From positions 1-33,032 of IMG/VR virus record IMGVR_UViG_3300006029_000035: a stretch of DNA of 33,032 nucleotides; one strand, 5' to 3'. Shown here one piece after another: positions 19,868 to 26,681 of this stretch; the stretch's first letter is position 1, and the number at the start of each line of letters is the position of its first letter. The DNA is from a virus (taxonomy: Duplodnaviria; Caudoviricetes). The position numbers were made by a program, and so were the translations under genes. Under the pieces are notes generated by a model. That model saw nothing but the letters and a program-made list of their open reading frames with translations, did no database searches and was not told the DNA's origin.

Positions 19868-20246
19868 GAGTGAGTTTAATTGTAACTGTGGCTGTGATAT
19901 GCCTGACGATGTATTAGAGAATATAAAGTTATTAGCAAAGGAACTTCAGGTAGTAAGAGATTACATAGACGAGTCTATAACAATTAATTCAGGCTACAGA
20001 TGTTTAGAATATAACAGAAGCGATGCAGTAGGCTCTAATGATGCTTCACAGCATCCAAAAGGAAAAGCAGGAGATGTAGTAGCTAAATCATATACTCCTG
20101 ACGAGCTTTATAACGTAGTCAAGAATATAAAGCTAAATCCATTTCTATCTGAGCCTTTAGCTATTAACGGAATAGGGCGTTATGATACTTTCACTCATTT
20201 AGACATTAGAGACAATGTAGCTGAGTGGGACAATAGGACTAAATAA
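19842..20246 (+). CDS. endolysin, peptidase M15A family
   Basis: INSGYRC..YN, SQH..GKAGD and FTHLDIR zinc-peptidase motifs. Confidence 0.9.
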   Translation: MKLTKNFDKSEFNCNCGCDMPDDVLENIKLLAKELQVVRDYIDESITINSGYRCLEYNRSDAVGSNDASQHPKGKAGDVVAKSYTPDELYNVVKNIKLNPFLSEPLAINGIGRYDTFTHLDIRDNVAEWDNRTK

Positions 20247-20255
20247 TCGTATTAA
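20226..20255 (+). promoter_or_regulatory. putative ECF-sigma promoter, leaderless
   Basis: TGGGACA-N15-CGTATTAA with the ATG 12 nt after the C. Confidence 0.65.
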
Positions 20256-20259
20256 CTAT

Positions 20260-20859
20260 ATGAAATACTTAGAATGGTTATTAATAATGTATGTAAACTT
20301 ATTAGGATTTTTAACAGCTCCTGTTATATTCCCTTTAGCTTACTTACTTAGAAACGTAGAAATAGTAAGAGATTATATCCTTTGGATTTATTATGATGAC
20401 GAAGACGAGTTTGGATTTGACGTCCATTGGTTTAAGCCTGAGATGAAGGACGGCTTCAGAAAGGCTTATCTGTGGTGTGCTATAAGGAACCCTGCATGGA
20501 ACCTACATACATTAAGTATGATTAATGGCTCAGACTCTAACTTTATATTCAAGAAGCCTTCAGGAATGCTACAGAAAGACGGAAAGATATTAGAGCCTCA
20601 GCTAAGATATTCGGCTGTTTTAAAGTATGTATCTAAAGACGGAGAGTACTTAGACAACAAAGGAGAGATACTCTCTCTAAAGCACTCTATAATAGGTAGT
20701 CAATATGTAGACTTCTATGATAAGAGAACGAATATAGACTATTGGAGGTACTCATTCGCGAATAAGGTCATAGACAATCTTTGGATAGAGCTTCAGATAG
20801 GATTCTCTACGAGAGCTACGTTCAGATTAAAGTTCAAAATAATTAAAAATATAACATAA
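20260..20859 (+). CDS. hypothetical membrane-anchored phage protein
   Basis: N-terminal hydrophobic helix and a YLWCAIRNPAWN motif. Confidence 0.7.
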   Translation: MKYLEWLLIMYVNLLGFLTAPVIFPLAYLLRNVEIVRDYILWIYYDDEDEFGFDVHWFKPEMKDGFRKAYLWCAIRNPAWNLHTLSMINGSDSNFIFKKPSGMLQKDGKILEPQLRYSAVLKYVSKDGEYLDNKGEILSLKHSIIGSQYVDFYDKRTNIDYWRYSFANKVIDNLWIELQIGFSTRATFRLKFKIIKNIT

Positions 20860-21051
20860 ATGCACGATATAGAAATAACAGAAGAAGAGCTTTTACTATT
20901 AGAATCTCCTTCGGACTTTCATAAATGGCTGTACAGTCTTCATGAAGAAGTAGAGCTTACAGATGTAGACGAGATGATATCTTTCTATGAATCTAAACAA
21001 ATGGAGTGGAATGTATCTACCTTAAAAACTTTTAAAAAATATATGCTATGA
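20860..21051 (+). CDS. hypothetical protein
   Basis: 63-aa acidic ORF packed tightly against its neighbours. Confidence 0.6.
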   Translation: MHDIEITEEELLLLESPSDFHKWLYSLHEEVELTDVDEMISFYESKQMEWNVSTLKTFKKYML

Positions 21052-21512
21052 GCAAAGACAAAAAAGACGGAACAAAAGTAGGCAACTTCTTAAGGAGTAT
21101 AAATTTCAAAGATGTAGCAGGAGTAGTAGGTAATGTAGTTTCAGGAAACATCAAAGGAGCTGTAGACATTATAACAGGTTCTACAGAGCTAACTGAACAG
21201 CAGATAGCAATGGCCTTAAAGGAATTAGAAATGGACGTAGTCGAGATGCAGGAAGTGACTAAGAGGTGGCAGTCTGACATGAACTCTGACTCATGGCTAA
21301 GTAAGAATATTAGGCCTCTATCTTTAGGATTCTTGACAGCTACTCTATTTATTTACATAATCTTAGACAGTTCGTTACAGGGCTTCTCTGTGGCTGACAA
21401 TTGGATAGAGCTATTAAGCTCTCTTTTGTTGTTAGTGTATGGAGGTTACTTCGGAATGAGGTCTGTAGAGAAAGTAGCTCAGACATGGAAGGATAAAAAC
21501 AATAACAAGTAA
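21048..21512 (+). CDS. holin-like protein (3TM/GTA-holin type)
   Basis: RWQSDMNSDSWLSKNIRPL followed by hydrophobic helices and YFGMRS.EK. Confidence 0.75.
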   Translation: MSKDKKDGTKVGNFLRSINFKDVAGVVGNVVSGNIKGAVDIITGSTELTEQQIAMALKELEMDVVEMQEVTKRWQSDMNSDSWLSKNIRPLSLGFLTATLFIYIILDSSLQGFSVADNWIELLSSLLLLVYGGYFGMRSVEKVAQTWKDKNNNK

Positions 21513-21524
21513 ACTTCGTAATAC
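21495..21524 (+). promoter_or_regulatory. putative ECF-sigma promoter
   Basis: AAAAACA-N15-CGTAATAC. Confidence 0.6.
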
Positions 21525-21562
21525 ATATAAGTATAATTAATTATAATTAAACATACATATCT

Positions 21563-21646
21563 ATGACGCAAAAAATGAAGAGAGCCTTAGTTTGGCTCGT
21601 TTTAATAGCTTTAGCTATAACAGGAATAGTAGCTTTTACAAGCTAA
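21563..21646 (+). CDS. 27-aa single-TM peptide (not in ORF track)
   Basis: MTQKMKRALVWLVLIALAITGIVAFTS, with its own putative promoter upstream. Confidence 0.55.
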   Translation: MTQKMKRALVWLVLIALAITGIVAFTS

Positions 21647-21674
21647 GAACAAAAAGACAGTTTTATCGTATTAC
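21645..21674 (+). promoter_or_regulatory. putative ECF-sigma promoter
   Basis: AAGAACA-N15-CGTATTAC. Confidence 0.7.
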
Positions 21675-21678
21675 TACT

Positions 21679-21753
21679 GTACCATGACAATTTTAAATTT
21701 TATTTCTTAACATTTGTTTTAAAGGAGCTTCTATTATCGAGGCTCCTTTTTTT
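21679..21753 (+). ncRNA. putative ~75-nt late small RNA
   Basis: Lies between a consensus promoter and a terminator, and contains only an 8-codon ORF. Confidence 0.45.
21721..21753 (+). terminator. intrinsic terminator ending late region
   Basis: AAAGGAGCTTC-tattatc-GAGGCTCCTTT followed by a T-tract. Confidence 0.85.
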
Positions 21754-21763
21754 ATTTTACTTT

Positions 21764-22162
21764 ATGAAATACAAGATAACCTCTCCTATATCAGTAATCT
21801 TACCGAGAGTAAGAACTAAAGATAGAGTAATGCCTTTGAATATGAACAACTACGGCAATACTAACACCTTCACTAATGACGAAACAAAAAAGAAGTATAA
21901 GGAGATTATGAAGTCAACTCTTCAGGAAATATACATAGATAAACCTGTGGAGATATATTACAAGGTCTTCAAACAGTCTAACAGAAAGTTAGATAAAATG
22001 AATGTAGTAGCTGTAGTGTCTAAATATTTAATGGACGCTTTAGTGGAATTACATTGCATAGAAGATGATAATGACGACTTCATAAAGACAGAGTACATAC
22101 TTCCTACAGAAGTAGATAAGAACTTTCCTCGCTGTGAGGTAACAATAATTGAGATAGAATAA
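21764..22162 (+). CDS. rusA: RusA-like Holliday junction resolvase
   Basis: LDKMN...KYLMDALV...IEDDND catalytic pattern and C-terminal PRCEVTI. Confidence 0.75.
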   Translation: MKYKITSPISVILPRVRTKDRVMPLNMNNYGNTNTFTNDETKKKYKEIMKSTLQEIYIDKPVEIYYKVFKQSNRKLDKMNVVAVVSKYLMDALVELHCIEDDNDDFIKTEYILPTEVDKNFPRCEVTIIEIE

Positions 22163-22479
22163 TCAAAAATTAGGGTATTATTTTATTTTGTATATTTGCT
22201 TCATAATAAAAATAAATGATATAAACAAGTACTTTTTAACAAATTGTTCAAATATGTCTAAAACTGATTTTAAGGCACTTTTAAGCATAGGTTTATTAAT
22301 TCCATGATTGGTAAGACCTAAAATCTGAGAAAGTTCAGGAAACGTAAATTCGCCTATTTTGAATGTAAAAATAGTACTTTGGCACGATGTTTGTGATATG
22401 GTAAAATAAAGCAAAAACTGTTAACAAAAAGTGTAGTACGTCTAAGAAATACGTATTTAAACGATTAAAGTGTTAAAGT

Positions 22480-22512
22480 TTTGGATATATCCTTTATTTA
22501 TTCTTATATTTG
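22480..22512 (+). promoter_or_regulatory. Bacteroidota primary-sigma (early) promoter
   Basis: TTTG-N21-TATATTTG matches the -33/-7 consensus TTTG/TAnnTTTG. Confidence 0.8.
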
Positions 22513-22517
22513 TGCTT

Positions 22518-22932
22518 TAATGTTCTTTTAATTACTGAGTGAGTGTTATGGCAAGCGTACAAACAGTGTTGCAGATTAGGTTCTGCTCAATGTAGGAAGA
22601 TTCCCAAGGCATAAGCAAAAATTAAAACCTCTCAAATCAGGAGAGTGGTTCTTTGACATATAGTGTAAGTAGAGAGATTGAGTTCAGGTTATCTGAAAAT
22701 CTAAAAGAGTATCTTAGATGAGTATGGCATCACTTTACAAAAGCATCAAAACTGACTTACATGAGAAATATAGCAAAGGGCTTTACCTGATAAGTAAGGC
22801 CTCTATAAATTGGTAGGGGTAACGGTTAAAGCAGGTTCGATTCCTGCACCTCTTCAAAAAAAACAGTCTCCTTTGTATCACTCGACTTAGCTTATTAGCA
22901 TATTAAGGATTAGATATAGAGGAGATTTTTAT
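22518..22932 (+). ncRNA. structured early leader RNA with boxA-like sites and a tRNA-like module
   Basis: No ORF. It has several G-U-containing helices, GTTCTTTGACAT at 22648-22659, and a T-arm GCAGG-TTCGATT-CCTGC at 22831-22847. Confidence 0.6.
22865..22932 (+). terminator. terminator/attenuator-like hairpin before first early gene
   Basis: AGTCTCCTTTGTATC (22865-22879) pairs with GATATAGAGGAGATT (22913-22927) over 15 bp including 3 G-U pairs, followed by T residues. Confidence 0.5.
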
Positions 22933-22952
22933 TAAACATTAAAACAAATATC

Positions 22953-23180
22953 ATGGAAGCAAAAAACAAAAAAAACAGTAAAAACTTTAAGAAGGCTATT
23001 CAATGGCTTACTAAGTATAATGGTTATAACGACCTTAGAGACACTCAGGAAGACGAAGAGTCTAAGGAGTGGAGAAAGTATAATCGTCTATGTGAAGACT
23101 CGTTTAATAGGTATTTAGACTACTGCTCAGAACTACCAAAAGCAGAAGTAAAAAGAATAGAAAATTCAGATTTATATTAA
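22953..23180 (+). CDS. hypothetical early protein
   Basis: 75-aa ORF with an A-rich start. Confidence 0.7.
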   Translation: MEAKNKKNSKNFKKAIQWLTKYNGYNDLRDTQEDEESKEWRKYNRLCEDSFNRYLDYCSELPKAEVKRIENSDLY

Positions 23181-23184
23181 TATC

Positions 23185-23415
23185 ATGAGAATAGATAAAG
23201 TTATATTAGATGTAAACAGTCTAACAGAGACCCAAGCTAAAACAATATTAAAAACCTACAACTTCAATTTATTTGGAGACAATAGAATGAATGAGACTAT
23301 AAATAATGAGAGGCTCCATACATTAAAAGGAGATATTATTTCATTAGTTCTCTTAAGAAAAATAAAACAGAGTAAATTATCAGTAATTAAATATACAAAA
23401 AACATAAAGTTATAA
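23185..23415 (+). CDS. hypothetical early protein
   Basis: 76-aa ORF in a tight operon. Confidence 0.65.
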   Translation: MRIDKVILDVNSLTETQAKTILKTYNFNLFGDNRMNETINNERLHTLKGDIISLVLLRKIKQSKLSVIKYTKNIKL

Positions 23416-23419
23416 AGTC

Positions 23420-23653
23420 ATGAAAAAAATACAGATTAACTTAGAAGATTACAGAAACTTATTAAGAATTAAGAATGCAGTAGTAACCATGAGAAAATAT
23501 AAGGAGCACGATAATCCTGAAGTTTTTGAGTTCATGGTAGAGAAAGCTTATGAGAGAGCTTTAGAAAGCTTATACGATTTAGACAATCCTAAAACAGAGG
23601 AGGAGATTGTATCTCTTTTTAAAGGTAGTAAAGAGGTTCTTATGCGTAGTTGA
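23420..23653 (+). CDS. hypothetical early protein
   Basis: 77-aa ORF in a tight operon. Confidence 0.65.
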   Translation: MKKIQINLEDYRNLLRIKNAVVTMRKYKEHDNPEVFEFMVEKAYERALESLYDLDNPKTEEEIVSLFKGSKEVLMRS

Positions 23654-23682
23654 GGATTGATAACTTAAAAAACTAAATAATA

Positions 23683-23910
23683 ATGGAAAATATACAAAAT
23701 TACAAAGATGCACTTGCTTCTGTTTCTAAGAAAGAAATGGAACAAAGAAAAACTATTAAAAGACTATTGCAAGAAAAAGAAGAACTAAAAAAGCAATTAG
23801 CTTTATACGGTGTTGTAGGGCGAAGCGAACAGTTGCCATTTAATAAATGTCGTGATGGTCTTAGTAATGATTGTAAATGCAAAAAAGTAGATGATTGTAT
23901 TAATAATTAA
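23683..23910 (+). CDS. hypothetical protein with coiled coil and Cys-rich C-terminus
   Basis: 75 aa. The C-terminal part lies inside an inverted repeat (VVGRSEQL junction). Confidence 0.65.
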   Translation: MENIQNYKDALASVSKKEMEQRKTIKRLLQEKEELKKQLALYGVVGRSEQLPFNKCRDGLSNDCKCKKVDDCINN

Positions 23911-23929
23911 TGGCAATTTCCTACAACAC
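23810..23929. repeat. imperfect inverted repeat (attC-like hairpin element)
   Basis: GTGTTGTAGG (23810-19) pairs with CCTACAACAC (23920-29), and AGTTGCCATT (23831-40) pairs with AATGGCAATT (23909-18). Confidence 0.75.
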
Positions 23930-23974
23930 AAAAATAACAGGATTAACATGGACTAATCTATAAAAACAAATAAA

Positions 23975-24181
23975 ATGAAGAAACAAACACAAATTTGTCA
24001 GGTAGAGCTTCAGGCTATATTCGACATTAACGGATTAGACTCTTTTAGGTCTGACAGCTCACAGCTTACAATTAAGAACGGAGTAGTATCTGTAGACGCA
24101 AAGTTCTGCGAATATTGTAGGCCATTTACGGAGGCTATAATAAACCATATAAACCTAATAGAAGATGAGCTACAGGACTAA
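23975..24181 (+). CDS. hypothetical protein with CxxC
   Basis: 68-aa ORF with FCEYCRP that overlaps the next gene. Confidence 0.6.
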   Translation: MKKQTQICQVELQAIFDINGLDSFRSDSSQLTIKNGVVSVDAKFCEYCRPFTEAIINHINLIEDELQD

Positions 24182-24704
24182 AATATTATTGCTTATAGCT
24201 GTAGGTATGTCTTTGACTATTTACAGATGTACAGCTCAGACGATAATTACAGACGGAAACTTCACAGAGGCTTATAACACGATTGGAGGAGACTTCACTT
24301 TAGGCAATGAATGTGGAGTAGATAACTTCATGTATTTATACTATGAAGGAGACTTAACTCTTACAGCAGATTTATATCTTCAGGACGTGTTATTCACTAT
24401 TTATGGAGACTTAAATAGAAACGGATTCGAGATTTTTTCTACATGTCCTGACTCAGAGTTAGTGATAGAAGGAGAGACTCTATCTGTAGATGTTGAAGCC
24501 TTAGAAGATGTAACTTTATTTCCTAATCCTACAAAGGGTATATTTCATGTAAAGACTAATAAGCCTTTTACTATCATGATATACGACTCAAAATTAGGCA
24601 TAGTTAACGATATGCCTGACTTAAGGCATGCTTCTGCAGGAGTTTACTTAGTGAGAATAACTATAGAAGAAAAAACTTATACTAAAAGAATAATAAAACA
24701 ATAG
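24165..24704 (+). CDS. secreted protein with type A T9SS C-terminal sorting domain
   Basis: Signal peptide ending TA-Q, a TLSV linker, and LFPNPTKG...IYD...AGVYLVRI....TKRIIKQ at the C-terminus. Confidence 0.85.
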   Translation: MSYRTKILLLIAVGMSLTIYRCTAQTIITDGNFTEAYNTIGGDFTLGNECGVDNFMYLYYEGDLTLTADLYLQDVLFTIYGDLNRNGFEIFSTCPDSELVIEGETLSVDVEALEDVTLFPNPTKGIFHVKTNKPFTIMIYDSKLGIVNDMPDLRHASAGVYLVRITIEEKTYTKRIIKQ

Positions 24705-24706
24705 AT

Positions 24707-24877
24707 ATGAAAGATTATAAAATAACGTACAAAAATATTAAAGGAGCTACTCGAATAATAGTGGAGACAAATAAGGAGGCTGAAGAAAGGATACAAAAGA
24801 AACTAAATCAGGAAGCATACTTAAAGCTTATGCTGTTCTTTATAGCTGTAACAATATTAACTATAATACTAAACTAA
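24707..24877 (+). CDS. 56-aa protein with C-terminal TM helix (not in ORF track)
   Basis: MKDYKITYKN...LKLMLFFIAVTILTIILN, tightly packed. Confidence 0.6.
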   Translation: MKDYKITYKNIKGATRIIVETNKEAEERIQKKLNQEAYLKLMLFFIAVTILTIILN

Positions 24878-25036
24878 ATGAGAAAAAAGAAAATTGAAAC
24901 AATTGTAAAGAGATTTGAGGATAGTGATGAATTTTACTATATAATTTTTAAGACTCATGATTCTATATTAGAGGCTAAAGTCGATAAAGAGAATTTAAGG
25001 TCAATGATAGAAACAATAGATAATCAAATAATTTAA
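24878..25036 (+). CDS. 52-aa hypothetical protein (not in ORF track)
   Basis: MRKKKIETIV...LRSMIETIDNQII, with the ATG directly after the previous stop. Confidence 0.6.
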   Translation: MRKKKIETIVKRFEDSDEFYYIIFKTHDSILEAKVDKENLRSMIETIDNQII

Positions 25037-25041
25037 ACAAA

Positions 25042-25191
25042 ATGAGAAAAAAACTAATAGACGGAGTTAAGTGCTCCGTAGATGAGAAAGGAGAATCAAC
25101 ATTTCACTTACCTGAAGATATGACTACAGGACAGCTCAACAAATGGAGAGCAAGAAATTTAAAAACAATTAATGAATTCAAAAACAATTAA
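25042..25191 (+). CDS. 49-aa hypothetical protein (not in ORF track)
   Basis: MRKKLIDGVK...KTINEFKNN fills the gap up to the ERF start. Confidence 0.55.
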   Translation: MRKKLIDGVKCSVDEKGESTFHLPEDMTTGQLNKWRARNLKTINEFKNN

Positions 25192-25192
25192 T

Positions 25193-25714
25193 ATGAAATT
25201 AGCAGTAACATTATCACAAATTCAGTCAGACCTTAAAGTAGGAAAGACAATTCAAAAACAAGGCTTAAGATATAAGTATCGCTCAGCTGAACAGATATTA
25301 GAAGCTCTGAAGCCTCTTTTAAAAGCGTCTAAGACGTTTATACAAATTAATGAGGATTACATAGACGGAGGCTTAATTAAATCAACTGCGAGCATCTCAG
25401 ACGGAGTAGAGACTATATCGTCTACAGCTATAGTAGGAGTAGATTTTGAACAGAAAGGAATGGCTATGCCTCAAAGATTTGGTAGTGCCTCTTCTTATGG
25501 AAAGAAGTATGCTTTAGGGAATTTATTCGCTATAGATGACACAGAGGACGCTGACGCTTTAGCTGAAGCTCCTAAGAAGGCTAAGCCTAAAATGACTACA
25601 GAACAGTTAGACAAGGCTATTAAGTTCATTAAATCAGGAGGAGCTATTAACTCTGTTAAGCAGAAGTATTGTATGACAGAGACTCAAGAGTCAATGTTAA
25701 GGAAACATTTATAA
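25193..25714 (+). CDS. erf: ERF-family single-strand annealing protein
   Basis: IQSDLK..YKYRSAEQILEALKPLL and GSASSYGKKYALGNLFAIDDTEDAD motifs. Confidence 0.85.
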   Translation: MKLAVTLSQIQSDLKVGKTIQKQGLRYKYRSAEQILEALKPLLKASKTFIQINEDYIDGGLIKSTASISDGVETISSTAIVGVDFEQKGMAMPQRFGSASSYGKKYALGNLFAIDDTEDADALAEAPKKAKPKMTTEQLDKAIKFIKSGGAINSVKQKYCMTETQESMLRKHL

Positions 25715-25740
25715 GTAGTTAGCAGTTTTTGATACGGAGT

Positions 25741-25770
25741 TAGAACAGAAATGAACTAACTTCGTATTAT
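25741..25770 (+). promoter_or_regulatory. putative ECF-sigma promoter upstream of SSB-like gene
   Basis: TAGAACA-N15-CGTATTAT. Confidence 0.7.
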
Positions 25771-25844
25771 ACATATCAAGGCAGAAGCAGAACAGCCTAA
25801 AGAAAATATAGTATGCAAAAGAAAATATCTAAATATTTTAAATT

Positions 25845-26114
25845 ATGAGTGCAATTATCAATTTTTCAGTAGACTTAGCAAAATTAAAAAAACTTCCTAA
25901 CTTCAAAGGTAAGAACGGAGCTGAGTATGTAAATTTAACAGCGTCTTTAAACAACGAGTCAAAGTTCGGTAACAACGTATCTTTTATGTCTTCACAGTCT
26001 CAAGAGGAAAGAGAAGCTAAAGAGCCTCGAAATTATATCGGAAACGGTAAAGTAGTTTGGACAGACGGACAGATAGACGTAGCTCAGAAAGAAGAGCAGG
26101 AAGTAGACTTTTAA
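25845..26114 (+). CDS. putative single-stranded DNA-binding protein
   Basis: Small beta protein with a YIGNGKVVW motif and an acidic tail ending in F, next to ERF. Confidence 0.6.
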   Translation: MSAIINFSVDLAKLKKLPNFKGKNGAEYVNLTASLNNESKFGNNVSFMSSQSQEEREAKEPRNYIGNGKVVWTDGQIDVAQKEEQEVDF

Positions 26115-26145
26115 TAGCCTTTTTTTGCCACAATAATAACCTCAT

Positions 26146-26171
26146 GAGAGCCTCTTTAATTAGAGGCTTTT
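26146..26171 (+). terminator. intrinsic terminator-like hairpin
   Basis: GAGAGCCTCT-ttaatt-AGAGGCTTTT, with the same loop as the hairpin at 14707. Confidence 0.65.
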
Positions 26172-26190
26172 ATGTTAAAAATTAAAACAA

Positions 26191-26490
26191 ATGATAAAAG
26201 ACGATAAAGACAGAAAGGATACTCCTATTTATACAGGGTTTATAAAATACTTTCCTAATGCTATAGCAGAAGTCAGTAAGGCTTCATTAGTAGCTAATGA
26301 ACAGCATAATAAAGGAGAGATACTTCATTGGAATAAAAACAAGAGTAAGCAAGAATTAGACTCTCTAATGAGGCATCTTGTGGATTATGCTTCAGGACAT
26401 GACTACGACGAAGACGGAGTACTGCATTTAACCAAAGTAGCGTGGAGAAGCTTAGCTATGTTAGAACGAACTTTAACTAATACTTTTTAG
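26191..26490 (+). CDS. dATP/dGTP diphosphohydrolase domain protein (DUF5664-like)
   Basis: YFPNAIAEVS..NEQH..LHW...DSLMRHL...DEDGVLHLTKVAWRSLA pattern. Confidence 0.75.
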   Translation: MIKDDKDRKDTPIYTGFIKYFPNAIAEVSKASLVANEQHNKGEILHWNKNKSKQELDSLMRHLVDYASGHDYDEDGVLHLTKVAWRSLAMLERTLTNTF

Positions 26491-26492
26491 TC

Positions 26493-26681
26493 ATGGGAAT
26501 AAAAGACAGAGCAGATAATCTTATAAATAGTAAGATTGAAAAGCTCCAAAGACAATTGGAGCAGGAAGGAAACTACATTAAATCATTGGAAGGTATAGTT
26601 GACGGAGAAACAATAGCAAAGGTAATATCTTCAACTAAAATAGAATTAATGACTTATCAATATATAAAATCAAGAATATGA
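26493..26681 (+). CDS. hypothetical protein
   Basis: 62-aa coiled-coil ORF. Confidence 0.6.
   Translation: MGIKDRADNLINSKIEKLQRQLEQEGNYIKSLEGIVDGETIAKVISSTKIELMTYQYIKSRI

Noticed and set aside
22178-22414. Minus-strand 78-aa ORF
   Set aside because: TTG start, no recognisable motif, an AT-rich intergenic setting, and it opposes the uniform + strand gene orientation.
22810-22857. Canonical tRNA gene
   Set aside because: Only a T-arm and an acceptor-like stem are present. There is no room for a D-stem or anticodon arm, so it is reported as a mimic.
25161-25192. AAAAACAATTAAT direct repeat
   Set aside because: A short AT-rich duplication at a translation start, with no evidence of a separate function.
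26191-26490. Z-genome or 7-deazaguanine modification system
   Set aside because: No purZ, dedicated polymerase, or que/dpdA-like genes are recognisable in the window.
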